Assembly: GCA_051362555.1 (NCBI GenBank)
Contig: CM120644.1
Location: 20,730,534 to 20,794,533 of the forward strand
Direction: 5' to 3'
Length of the DNA stretch: 64,000 nucleotides
DNA from: Lingula anatina
Lineage: Eukaryota; Animalia; Brachiopoda
The notes under the pieces are model-generated. The model had not been told where the DNA came from. It ran no database searches and saw nothing but the letters and a program-made list of their open reading frames with translations. Below are positions 37,990-50,505 of the stretch, one piece after another. A program made the position numbers and the translations under genes. The stretch's first letter is position 1; the number at the start of each line of letters is the position of its first letter.

Positions 37990-38993
37990 ACTAGATCATA
38001 TACGGCAGCGGGACGGAAGTGAGTAATCCAACATGGCGGTCCCTAGTGACGAGATGCTATAGGGCTGATAGTCGAATGTTGTAGTGCCAATCAAAACACA
38101 GTTTAATTGTTTTTTTTTAATCGTATAATAACTAGGATTATAGCATATAATTTTTATTTACTTTTTAATTTATCTTTTTATTTTTTAATTGTATTATACC
38201 TAGGATTTTGTAAACTTTGCAATTTGAATAAAGTAGATGAGTTCCACCTCCTGCTAGAGTGCAAAGCATATGATTCAATACGTGATCCCTTCAGAGGGCA
38301 GTTCCTACCCCTAGGTAGCTTTAATGAACTGTATAATTTTCTTATGGGTGCTCAAGACTTAAATATTCTTAGAATGGTTATGCGTTTTGTAAATAGATGC
38401 TTCCAACAAAGGGAACAAACCTTCTCTTAATACATTGTCCTCTTTTCAGTGTTTGTATTTAAATTCATCGCCTGTAGATTATCATTACACATTTTATTTA
38501 TATCGCTTTAAAAACTCATTTATTAGTATTATTATACATTTATCTAATTGGGTCTAAATGCGTTTCCACATCCTGCAAATTTACGTAATATCTGTAGCTG
38601 GAGTTGTCTGTTTTATCTCTATGATTGTACTTCGGCCCATTTTTAAACACGTATTCATCTATATCGCATCAAAATCATGTACATTTACTTGTTTGTACTC
38701 TGCTATAGTTAGATGTACTGTCTTTGAATGTACCTTATTTGTGAAGGTGTATCAATAAAGAATCCCTAGGGATATAGCATACATGTATATTTTCCTAGAT
38801 ATTTTGCTGTAAAACTACATCCTATAAATGTCTCGGTGGCGCCACTCAGAACTACTCAGATGTCTCCGCACTCGACAATAAGTATGGTTAGTATGGAGCT
38901 TGCGGAATGAGCCAAGGATTGCCAATTGCGGCGGCGCTGGGGGCCGCCATGTTGGATTACTCACTTCCGTCCCGCTGCCGTATATGATCTAGT
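37990..38993. mobile_element. Non-autonomous element with ~55-bp TIRs containing a LINE 3' fragment
   Basis: ACTAGATCATATACGGCAGCGGGACGGAAGTGAGTAATCCAACATGGCGG and its exact complement; inside, CKLCNLNKVDEFHLLLECKAYDSIR (~38200-38430) with UTR to AATAAA at ~38754. Confidence 0.85.
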
Positions 38994-41657
38994 TATTAAT
39001 CTAAAATAGATCATGGGATTTGCCCGTCTTATCAATGCAATTTTCAGTTTAACCAAATATATTGTCCAAAGAAGATATTTTTCATTAGACACAGTCAACT
39101 GATCAGCTTATCACAGATTATTAAAGTTGTAAAGCTAAATTTGTACAATTTTCAGAATTATTTGATTAGATTTGACAAAATTATTAATGTTTAAGTATTT
39201 TAAGTCATTGAATTTGCCAGGCTTTTCAATGTAATTTTCAGTTCTTTCAGTTATATTGTTCTTTTTCCAGAGTACCCTTACCATGAAAAAGCAGGCAATG
39301 AAAGACAGCACCAAGAGCAGTAGTATGTCTTATCCTGTGTACAATACATGAAATATGGTAAGATTTAGGACATTGAAAAAAAAGACAACTGATCAGCTTA
39401 TCACAGATTTTTATTGTTGTTAAGCATCATTTGTACAAATTTCAGAAATATTGGACAAGATTTGACAAAATTATTAATGTTTAACTATTTTAAGTCGTGG
39501 GATTTGCCTATTTTTTCAATGTTATTTTCAGTTTAACCAAATATATTGTCATTTGAAGATACTTTTCATTGGACACAGTCAACTGATGAGCTTATCACAG
39601 ATTTTTATGTACAGACACAGATGTGTCTGTACATATAGCCATCATCTGCGTCTGTCGTCGCCATCGCCGTCGTCGCCGTCGCCGTGCACTTTTACCGATA
39701 ACACGATAAGTGGAAAACTGTTTTTATGTACAGACACAGATGTGTCTGTACATATAGCCATCACCTGCGTCTGTCGTCGCCGTCTTCGTCGCCGTGCACT
39801 TTTACCGATAGCACGATAAGTGGAAAGCCGTTTTTTCTTTTGGTTTGAAAATTACAGAATTGATAAATATTCATAATGCGCAGGTCAAGTTCGAAAATCA
39901 GCATGATCGGGTCATTTTTAGGGAAGTTATGCTGTTTTTTCACTGTTTTCAGCATATATGCAGCACCGATAACACGATAAGTGGAAAACCATTTTACTTT
40001 TTGGCTTGAAACTTACAGAACTGATGAATAATTATATTACGCAGGTCAAGTTCGAAAATCAGCATGATCGGGCCATATTTAGGGAAGTTATGCTGTTTTT
40101 TCACTTTTTTCAGCATATATGCAGCACCGATAACATGATAAGTGGAAAACCATTTTACTTTTTGGCTTGAAACTTAGAGAACTGATGAATATTCATCATA
40201 CGTATGTCAAGTTCGAAAATCAGCATGATCGGGCCATATTTAGGGAAGTTATGCTGTTTTTTCACTTTTTTCAGCATATATGCAGCACCGATAACATGAT
40301 AAGTGGAAAACCATTTTACTTTTTGGCTTGAAACTTACAGAACTGATAAATATTCATAATACGCAGGTCAAGTTCGAAAGTCAGCGTGATCGGGCCATTT
40401 TTATGAAAGTTATGCTCTTTTTTCATTTTTTCAGCATATATGCAATACAGATAACACATTTCAAGGAAAATCAATTGGCCAATTGTCTTGAAATTTACAG
40501 GGGTGATCAGTCTAAATGAAATGCAGATGAAGTTTGAAAATAAGCTCGATCGGTTCAGTTTTGGTGAAGTTATGCCTTTTTTGTATATAAGTGTTTTTTT
40601 CCTCAGATTTAATTCTTAGGCATGTTAACAATCTCATCTGTGAACTAATTAAATATGTAAAGGTGTTCTTTTGACATTTTCTGCATCTTAACAATGTTGT
40701 TAGTTGAATATATAAAAAAGATGGTAAACCTGTTTTTGTGTATTGTGTAATAAAGTGTCAAAAAATAGAAATAATAATAAACTCATATCTTTACAGTTTG
40801 TCAGATTCAATCATTCACTATGTTCAGAATCTCAGAATGGAGCAAACTGGACATTTAAAATTGTTCTATTGGTATTTTTCCTATGTCAGCAATTTTCTTA
40901 GTTGTTCATTTAAAGATGGCAGTAAATTGGTTATTTTGTTACATGAAAAAAAGTGTTGAAAGTGGAAAGAAATTCATTTTAGTACAGTTATCTCTTGTTT
41001 ACATTTTGGCATTTTGAAGGTGTGACTCTGAACTTCCATGGCCTTGAAGACCTTTCCATGTCACATTTTCTGAATATCCATGATACTTTTATTTTATTAA
41101 TAAAAATTGATGGTCATTATGTTATATTGCATAAAAGTTGAAGAAAACCTTATTTTTTTAAATCGCTGCCGGAATGACCATTAAGGAAAAGCCATGTTAC
41201 TTACGATACTCAAACTTACTGAGAAGTTTCATAAGACTGAAGTGCAGTTTGTGTTGGAAAATAGTGTGATTGTTTTCTGTTTTGGAAGCAATGCAGCTCT
41301 ATAGAGTGCTATATGGGGCTACTGTTTATGGTCTTAATTGTCCCTTGGGGTAGTCACAGGCTAAATGTAGAGCTATAAAATCACTTGCCTAATTAATTTC
41401 CAAGTGCCCATTAAATAAGATTGCATAAAACACACGTTGAGATTTCCCAGTAAAGTCCCATAGGTTAAGCTCTCTTAACTGTGTCACATAATTAGGAATC
41501 TGTGATAATTATGCAGGTAAATGTTGTTTAATATTGCAAATAAGTGTACAAAAGAAAAAAATAGATGAATAACAGTGCCTTATTATCCTCAAACACATTG
41601 GGGTTATTCATATCATGTTATTACAGCAAGATTAAAAGTTTGAATAGCAGCTTCATT

Positions 41658-41660
<3 letters not shown>

Positions 41661-41732
<72 letters not shown>
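41661..41732. repeat. (AT)n microsatellite
   Basis: Direct observation. Confidence 0.98.
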
Positions 41733-41736
<4 letters not shown>

Positions 41737-41936
41737 GTTTTCTTTTTAATTTTTTTTTCAAACACTGGCATTTTCAGCTCCCATCCACCTGAAGCTCTTT
41801 CCACATAAGCAATTGCATTAGTTTTTATGTCTTTAAACATTATGTAATATTATTTTATGCACTGTCATCATTTTTCAAATATTGGGATTTTCATGTTAAT
41901 TTGAACTCTCATGGTCCTGAAACTGTAATCTTATTG

Positions 41937-42103
41937 CAGGGGCGGATTGATACTTTCTTCTGAGTCTTTCAGATGACAGTCAGATTTTAAAGTTAACATT
42001 GATGGGTATCTGTTTTTTCTGTTGGAAGACCATCAAAAATGTAGGATGGATCAACAAAGATAATATGGAATACAGTCAGAAAATATCTCTGGATCCGCTT
42101 CTG
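41937..42103. mobile_element. CAGGGGCGGA MITE, copy 2
   Basis: Inverted homolog of 11560-11728; TTATTG flanks both ends. Confidence 0.75.
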
Positions 42104-42429
42104 TTATTGACGATGTCACCTGTTGTGCATGATTAAAATTCAGTGTTGATTGACAGTGCCATTATAGGCATTATTTATTATTGCATCAAAACTGACAAAA
42201 TGAACCATTTTCTGCATTTTTATTATCTGTTTTTGTCTGTACATTTGACAGCTTTGCTGCCTTGTTATTGTTGTTAAGCAACATTTGTTCAAATTTCAGA
42301 AATATTGGACAAGATATGTCAAAATTATTAACGTTTAACTATTTTAAGTCATGGGATTTGCCCATCTTTTCAATGTAATTCAATCAAATATATTGTTTGA
42401 AGAAGCTACTTTTCATTACAGACCAACTT

Positions 42430-44960
42430 ATATGCAGCACCGATAACACGATAAGTGGAAAACCATTTTACCTTTTGGCTTGAGACTTACAGAACTGATG
42501 AATATTCATAATACGCAGGTCAAGTTCAAAAATCAGCATGATTGGGTCATATTTAAGGGAATTTATGCTGTTTTTTCACTTTTTTCAGCATATATGCAGC
42601 ACCGATAACACAATAAGTGGATAACCATTTTACCTTTTGGCTTGAAACTTACAGAACTGATGAATATTCATAATACGCAGGTCAAGTTAAAAAATTGGCT
42701 TGGTTGGACTATTTTTACAAATTTAAAGTTATGCTGTTTTTTCCATTATTCAGCATATATGCAACACTGATAACGCATTTTAAGGAAAACCAATCAGCCT
42801 TTTGTCTTGAAACTTACAGGAGTGATCAGTCTGACTAATATACAGATCAAGTTTGAAAATAAGCTTGATCAGTTAAGTTTTGATGAAGTTATTAGCCTTT
42901 TTGTATATAAGTGGATTTTCTTCAGATTTAATTCTTAGGCATGTTAACTGCCTCATTATGGAACAAATTAGATATGTAAAAGTGTTGTTTTGACATTTTC
43001 TGCTTCTTAAAAATATTGTTAGTTGATTTTATAAAAATGACAGTACACCTTTTATTGTGCATTGTGTAATAAAGTATCAAAAATGGAAAGGAACTCGTAT
43101 CATTGCAGTTCGTCAGATTCAATCATTCACTAAGTTAAGAATCTCAGAATGGAGCAAGTTGGACATTTAAATTTGTTTTATTGATATTTTTCCTTTGACA
43201 ACATATTTTAATTGATCATATAAAAATGACAGTAAATCGATTATTTTTTTATGTAAAAAAAGGTATTGAAAATGGAAATAAACTCTTTTCAATACAGTTT
43301 CTCTTGTTTAGATTTTGGGATTTTCAAAGTGTGTCTGAACTCTATGGGCTAGACGCACTTTGTGAATATCCATGATAGTTTTATTTTATCATTAAAAAAC
43401 TGATGGTTATTATGCTGTTAAGCATTGTGTAATATTGCATCAAAATTGAACAAAACCCTATTTTGGGCACTGCCTCCGTAGTGACTGTGAAAGGAAAACC
43501 ATGTCACTTGCTCTTTTTACATTTAAAGGAAAGAAACATAGGACTGAAATACAGCTTCAGTTGGAAAATCTGTCTCATTAGTTAATTTTCTGGAAGTTAT
43601 AGAGTTTTTTTGTGAAAATTTATATCTTTCACATACTGGAATTTTCAATGTGGGACTTAGAGCTCCCTTGGGCATGAAGCCCAGCGGTAATCAAATTTTC
43701 TTAATGTCATAGTTTTTAATAGTAGATATTTTAAAATTGGTGGTATTTATACAGTTAATCATTATGTAATGTTGCATCAAAATTGACAAAAAACCTACTT
43801 TGTGCACTGCCACCATTAACGTTATTGAAAGAAAACTGTTACTTTCTATTTTTTCAACTAGTCTTACAAGAATGATTCTTAGGATTGACATACAGCTCAT
43901 ATTAGAAAACCAGCTTTATTAGATTATCATTTTTATTAAATTTATGCATTTTTTGTGAAATTTTCATTTCTCTCATTCTGGCGCTTTCTAAGTATAATCT
44001 TGAACTCTCATGGGCCTGAAGCCTTATGCTTTTACTTTCGTCGGTGTTACCTGTTATGCATAATTAAAATTTGATGTTGACTGTGCAGTTAAACATAATG
44101 TATTATTGTATTAGAATTAATAGTCTCCTATTTTGTGCATTATTGTTCTGTGCTTTTCTTAAGGTGTGACTTATGGGCCTGAAGACCTTTGAGAAAGTCA
44201 GTCTGTAAATTTCCCTTGGGTATCACTAGGCTAAGTTATAAAGTTATAAAGTCATTTGCCTAATTAATAGGCCATTAAATGAGATTACATAAAGCACACT
44301 TGTTGATATTTCCCTGTAAACTCCCAAAGGTTAAGCTCTCTGCTAGATTAATAATAAAGAAGCAGTGATAATTATGCAGGTAAATTTTGTTTTATATTGC
44401 AAATAAGTTTTTAATATATATATATCAAACTCAAAGATTAAAAGTTTGAATACCAACTTCATTGGAATTATATTTACCTCTGCCAAGGAGGTTATGTTTT
44501 CACCCCTGTTTGTCCGTCATCAATATAACTCAAAAAGTTATGGACCGATTTTGATGAAATTTTCAGGAACTGTCAGAAGTGGGTCAAGGAGGACGATGAT
44601 TAGTTTTTGGTGGTGGTTCGGATCAATAAGCTATCAATAATCAATAATTATCAAAAAACGCTGCCTTGGCAGAGGTCTGCGCTCTCAGAGTGCTTTTCTA
44701 GTTTTGTTATGTTTTCCTTTTTAATTTTTTCTCAAACACTGGCGTTTGTGACTTTTAACTCCCATCCGCCTGAGGCTCTGAACATTTTCTGTATTTCCAC
44801 ATAAGCAGTTGTATTGGTTTTTATGTCTTTAAATATTATGTAATATTATTTTATGCACTGTCATCATTTTTCAAATATTGGGACTTTCATCATGTGAATT
44901 TCAACTCTTATGGTCCTGAAAGTGTAATCTTGTAATCTTATTGATATTGTAAAATCCTGC
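42430..44960 (+). repeat. Second partial copy of the HINE-like element (161-bp units plus body)
   Basis: 161-bp units at 42430-42780, then sequence paralogous to ~40450-41930. Confidence 0.75.
44472..44703 (+). mobile_element. Short HINE-like element nested in the larger repeat
   Basis: TTTACCTCTGCCAAGGAGGTTATGTTTT...CCTTGGCAGAGGTCTGCGCTCTCAGAGTGCTTTTCTAGT; homolog of 18899-19161. Confidence 0.75.
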
Positions 44961-45469
44961 AATAAATTTTTCTTCAAATATCAAATTTGATTAGATGGTT
45001 GAATACAACATCAGTAATAGAACAGTAACAGAATTCAGTATAATGATACTGAATTGTTGTAAAGACATGTAGGAAGCAGGGTGACCATATATGCATATAT
45101 GCATATATCCAAATGAAGACTATACCGCAGAAAAAGTTTGGGGCCCAAAAGAGAGTCAGCCAAGGACACGTTTGGGGAACACGTTTGAACACGTCATGAT
45201 GGACATTTACAGGTGTAGGACCAGAACAGAGCCTCTGGTAAACAGTTTTGAACCAAGGGACCGAACTTGATTTGAGGACCAGAAGAGAGGCTTAACAAAT
45301 GTTGACGTTGCTGCATTGTCAGCTTCCTCAAAGGTTACCTTCCATCGTTATCGAAACCTTTTTCTCAGAACCACTATTTCATAGTAATGAGGAGACCAAC
45401 CGATACAGAACTGCTCAATAAAGTCAGCACATATTACGTAATTCACCAAAATTAATGAAATTAAATAAC

Positions 45470-45907
45470 ATCACCACTGCTGACCTTTATCTGTCATCAT
45501 TTTTACCCCCCCCCCCCCACACACACACACACGCACACCCAAACACAACCCACACCGCACACTTCCCTCATAACACTGGTTATTTTGTCGGAGGTTGGTT
45601 TCATCACATTGCCTTTTAATCTACCGTACAGTATATGTTAGTTTCACGAAATTTACTCTTTAACCAAAATAGTACAGTACCTATGAATAACTACTTCATT
45701 ACTTAAGAATATCCCCCCCCCTCCCGTCCTGTCTCGCGTTAAGCCTTCACTAACACAATTGTGTGATCTCTGTGGAGTCCATCACAATCATGGTTGAGAC
45801 AGCATCAAAATCAAAACATAACAGCCTGCGGTACATTTCTCTTATGAATAGAGATTGTTTACTTGAAAGTTTTTCACAGTGGCAGAAAGATAAGCAATAA
45901 ATAAGAA

Positions 45908-45942
<35 letters not shown>

Positions 45943-47930
45943 GAGAAGGGGGTGGAACAGAGTACAAGGCCAATAAGAGTAGATTTGGGCGACATATGAA
46001 TAAAAATCGAAACAATTACTTCATTTCTAAGCTGGAGGTTATGGTCAGACGAATGAACTGCACACAAAGATTCTCTCTTTTCCATCTGGTTGTCAGTGGA
46101 ACAAAAGTAGCCTTCAGTGCGTGTGTGCGTGTGTGTGTGCGTGTGCATGTTGTAACACAATTTTAGCGGAGTGGTAAACTCCCACCCACCCCAACCTCCA
46201 GTCTCGGGCGAAGCACCGAGCAGTCCGCGACCCAGGTACAGTTACCGTTTTCTTGAGTCCGTCATAACACTTTCTTTTACTCATTACGTCATTTCTCTAA
46301 GAACATCAGTATCCGAGTGAAATTTAATTTTTCTATACAGATATCTCATACATCTCTACATATATCTCAGAGAAATATTTCCAGTCCTTTATTTTACTCT
46401 TCATTTATTGCAACACAATAAGCAAGAACTCGCCTGTGTTTGTTTGCAGCCGCAAGCATTTTAAGGAAAAGGACATAAAACTGGCAGAGAGCGGCGAACG
46501 TGTTCTAGCATGGCGCCAACTTTGCATATGGCCCACTAGATTCTTATTTCCGTATTTTGACCAAGGACACATTTTGCATGTACACACATTGCATGGAAAA
46601 TATGACCTCGGCTTCAGTTGTGAAGTCTGTTGGCGTTCCTGTATAATATACGCGAGGGTACGCTTCATCGATGTTGAAGAGTATCAGTACACACACTCAA
46701 GCACATCCGAAACTCAACTTCCACAAATTTCTTATCTTTCATCACTTTTTACCCCCCCCCCCCACACACACAAACACAAACACACAACCCACACCGCACA
46801 CTTCCCTCATAACACTGGTTATTTTGTCGGAGGTTGGTTTCATCACATTGCCTTTTAATCTACCGTACAGTATATGTTAGTTTCACGAAATTTACTCTTT
46901 AACCAAAATAGTTTTCCGACAGTACCTATGAATAATTACTTCATTACTTAAGAATATCCCCCCCCCCCCCTCCCGTCCTGTCTCGCGTTAAGCCTTCACT
47001 AACACAATTGTGTGATCTCTGTGGAGTCCATCACAATCATGGTTGAGACAGCATCAAAATCAAACGAAACAGCCTGCGGTACATTTCCCCTATGAATAGA
47101 GATTGTTTACTTGCAAGTTTTTCAAGTGGCAGAAAGATAAGCAATAAATAAATAAATAAATAAATAAATAAGAGAAGGGGGTGGAACAGAGTTCAAGGCC
47201 AATAAGAGTAAATTTGGGTGACATATGAATAAAAATCGAAACAATTACTTCATTTCTAAGGTGGAGGTTAAGGTCAGACGAATGAACTGCACACAAAGAT
47301 TCTCTCTTTTCCATCTGGTTGTCAATAGAACAAAAGTAGCCTTCAGTGCGTGTGTGCGTGTGTGTGTGCGTGTGCATGTTGTAACACAATTTCAGCGGAC
47401 CCAACCTCCAGTCTCGGGCGAAGCACCGAGCAGTCCGCGACCCAGGTACAGTTACCGTTTTCTTGAGTCCGTCATAACACTTTCTTTTACTCATTACGTC
47501 ATTTCTCTAAGAACATCAGTATCCGAGTGAAATTTAATTTTTCTATACAAATATACATCTCTACATATATCTCAGAGAAATATTTTCAGTCCTTTATTTT
47601 GCTCTTCATTTATTGCAACACAATAAGCAAGAACTCGCCTGTGTTTGTTTGCATCCGCAAACATTTTAAGGAAAAGGACATAAAACTGGCAGAGAGCGGC
47701 GAACGTGTTCTAGCTTGGCGCCGACGTTGCATATGGCCCACTAGATTCTTATTTCCGTGTTTTGACCATTTCGTGGCGCACACACATCGCATGGAGAATA
47801 TGACCTCGGCTTCAGTTGTAAAGTTTTGTTAAAATGTTATGTATCTTTGGTCGAAAATCTCTGTGCGCGCACTAATATAAAGTCTGTGGGCAGACATGTA
47901 TAACATATACGCAAGGGTACGCCTCATCGC
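45470..47930. repeat. ~1.25-kb tandem duplication (2 similar copies); third diverged partial copy at ~51185-51790
   Basis: C-run/(CA)n-ACAACCCACACCGCACACTTCCCTCATAACACTGG at ~45500 and ~46745; colinear (TAAA)n and (GT)n tracts. Confidence 0.92.
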
Positions 47931-48075
47931 TTCACATACAGTAGATACATTATAGAATAAAATTAATCAATTAAAAAAAAGATAAAAGTATAATCCAAAT
48001 CAACATCTATAGTGAAATTAATTGCAGATATTCTGTTATTCTTTTCTGTTTACTAAACACACATGTATTTATATA

Positions 48076-49700
48076 CAGACTTGACATTTAATATGGAATA
48101 TTCCAGTTTTAAAGGTATACCTAGGTAAAGTGCATTCTTTTTTCAAAGTTCAGATCTCACATAAGATATCTGACTGGAGAAGTATGAAGTCAGGTGTGTT
48201 GCTACCAATTAACTGACTACCAAGTCTGATGCACTGCTGCATTGTGTAATATGCAGTGATTTAATTGGCTAGTGCTCCTTTGGGCTGGTCAAAGCTTGGC
48301 TTTGATGAAGCATGGTTCTGTCAAAAAAGTATTCATATGTCGGCAACTACTGTTTTGAAGAATTTGAATTTTTGCATGCAAGCGGTCGGTTTTGCAGTGC
48401 TTTTAAAAATGAGTTAAGCAGTGTTTTATAAAATTGTAAAGCTGTGCCAGAACGGCACGAAAATGACAGACATTGCCAGACAGATTAATGTGCCAAACGG
48501 AATGGTCTACACAGTTTTATAGAGTAATGCCCAGACTGATGTACCTACACAGAGACCAGGCCCAATGTATCGACATCTTACCACCAGGGTACAGGACTCA
48601 CTGTCCTGCAGGATGTGCTGCTGCAGTTAAACCAAAACCACCCAGTCCGTTTTAAATGAGGGGCAAATTGTCACCAAAACGCGTTTTTCAAGGCTTTAGC
48701 GAACACCAAACTGGTTTCAGCAGGTTAGGATATCTGGCGACATCTGAGGAAGCCACTGTAAACAACAAAACAGCGCAGTCTGTTTCTCTAATTAATTGGG
48801 GACCATGACCGTTTTGGGGTAGAACACTGAAACAGCGTGGCTTTCAGGTCAGATTTCACCCGTACCTCTAAACTGGTCAAAACAGAGTTTACAAACATCC
48901 TGAAGAGGCCTACGACAAGGCGTGTGCCACTTCTTAAGTGACTAGGATCATTGACAGCGTCACTATTGTGCCAAAACACTAATGGAAGTCATCGATGAAA
49001 ACCTGAACCAGATCAAATAAAGGAATACTCTGGGAACCACTTGACCATCATTTGATAGGGGGCACCTTAGGAACAATTTTAGGTTGCACCATGAGTTTGC
49101 CAGTTCACACAGAGCACTTTTAATAGCAGATAACTTACAGAACCAAGGGAATGAGCAGCTACCTTGGTCATCAGAATAGCCATATTTGAACCACATAGAC
49201 AATATGTGGGTAGGTCATTACTCGCCGAATCAACGGCCTGCATGTCCTCCAACAAAACTGGACCAAATTGGACATGTTTTAACCGTTGCCTGGAATTTTA
49301 TTCCAGATTAAACTCTAAAAACCTATCCTAAGGAATGTCTTGCCGCTTGAAAGCTCTGGTAGCAGCAAGATGAGGTCCGGCGTAACAGCAACCATTGCTG
49401 TGACAAGACACTGACACGAGGTGCCTTTGTGGGGCGTGTAACTCTTTTAAAGACGATAATTTGGAAAATATGGAGATCCAAAATATCGCTTTCAATGGTT
49501 GTCGTATGACTTAAAATAGGCAATGTATTTTTGTTTGCTTCACTGGCGAATTCAATTAAACTGATTTCACAGTGACATCGAACAGATTATCAAAAGTTTT
49601 TATAACACGGTTTTATTTTTCATTTAACAGTCAGCAAAATAGGAACAAAACTGATGAATTATGATTTGGAGAAAATATTCCATATTAAATGTCAAGTCTG
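48076..49700 (+). mobile_element. Degenerate Tc1/mariner element, family 2
   Basis: TIRs CAGACTTGACATTTAATATGGAATATT and complement; TA TSD; decayed transposase fragments (MTDIARQINVP.., KTLMEVIDENLNQ). Confidence 0.88.
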
Positions 49701-50046
49701 TAGAAATCTTTAACATAAGAAATCAATTTTTGAATTCGACCGATCCATATCAATCTTTTTTCGACAAGCTGTTATATAAAATGTATGACTTCAAATACTT
49801 TCCAGACGCATAATATTTCAGAGACTTTATATGTATGACTTCTCCCTGAGTATTCCCCCTTCGTGACATTGTTCCCCGCTCTTTACATTAATAATGATTT
49901 ACTCGGGATTTGATGTTACGTGTTAACATCGTTGGCTATCTATGCTACTTGTAATACTACTGGCGTATGTCTATACATAAAAAATACAGGTAAATACGTA
50001 TATTTATAATAAGATAAAGTAAATAAATAACAGGGAAAATACGTAA

Positions 50047-50505
50047 TGTTATAGTGAGGAATAACGACAGCTGTTTGGAGCTTTCGAACGTTTATTCACC
50101 GACTCTCTTTTTCACAGAATGTACAAGTTTTTATACACTATTTTCCATTCTCAAATTTCCCATTCTCATGTTACAAAACTCTATTCAATATTTCCTAATT
50201 TAGTAATTTAAATGAGACTTGTTTATGATTTAAAATATTTAAAATATTTTCCGAATTACTCATCTTGGATCCTGTCCAATTCAAGAATGCATGAGTTCTA
50301 CACGTGTGTAACACGCGCAAATTGATAGAAAAATTAACCAATCAGATCCAACTATGAAACGTTCCATACTTTTTTACTTCTAGAACAATATCTACACTTA
50401 CTGACACTCAAAGAAATTTACTTGTACTCAATAACTTCCTACACATTTCATTCAGTTTACATTGTTTTGTAATTGACGAAAGTGTATGTCATTTGCTTTA
50501 CAACA
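50047..50505. mobile_element. Probable solo LTR (459 bp)
   Basis: TGTTATA...TACAACA termini with a GTAA 4-bp direct repeat on both sides; minus-strand AATAAA near 50090. Confidence 0.6.

Larger units (their letters stand above)
39602..42265 (+). mobile_element. Helentron/HINE-like element with 161-bp tandem core
   Basis: 5' palindrome ATGTACAGACACAGATGTGTCTGTACAT (duplicated); (GTC/GCC)n tract; units starting at 39804, 39965, 40126 and 40287; 3' TGTCTGTACAT plus hairpin GACAGCTTTGCTGCC; inserted in a T-run of the 190-bp unit. Confidence 0.8.
25551..42425 (+). repeat. ~190-bp satellite-like unit array, fragmented by insertions (pieces at 25551-25903, 36552-36720, 37860-37980, 39010-39601, 42266-42425)
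   Basis: Recurrent TTCATTAGACACAGTCAACTGATCAGCTTATCACAGATT...GATTTGACAAAATTATTAA. Confidence 0.8.

Noticed and set aside
41565-41840. ORFs with IYIYIY or poly-I runs (also 57067-57270 and 59498-59719)
   Set aside because: Artefacts of (AT)n and (TAA)n microsatellites.
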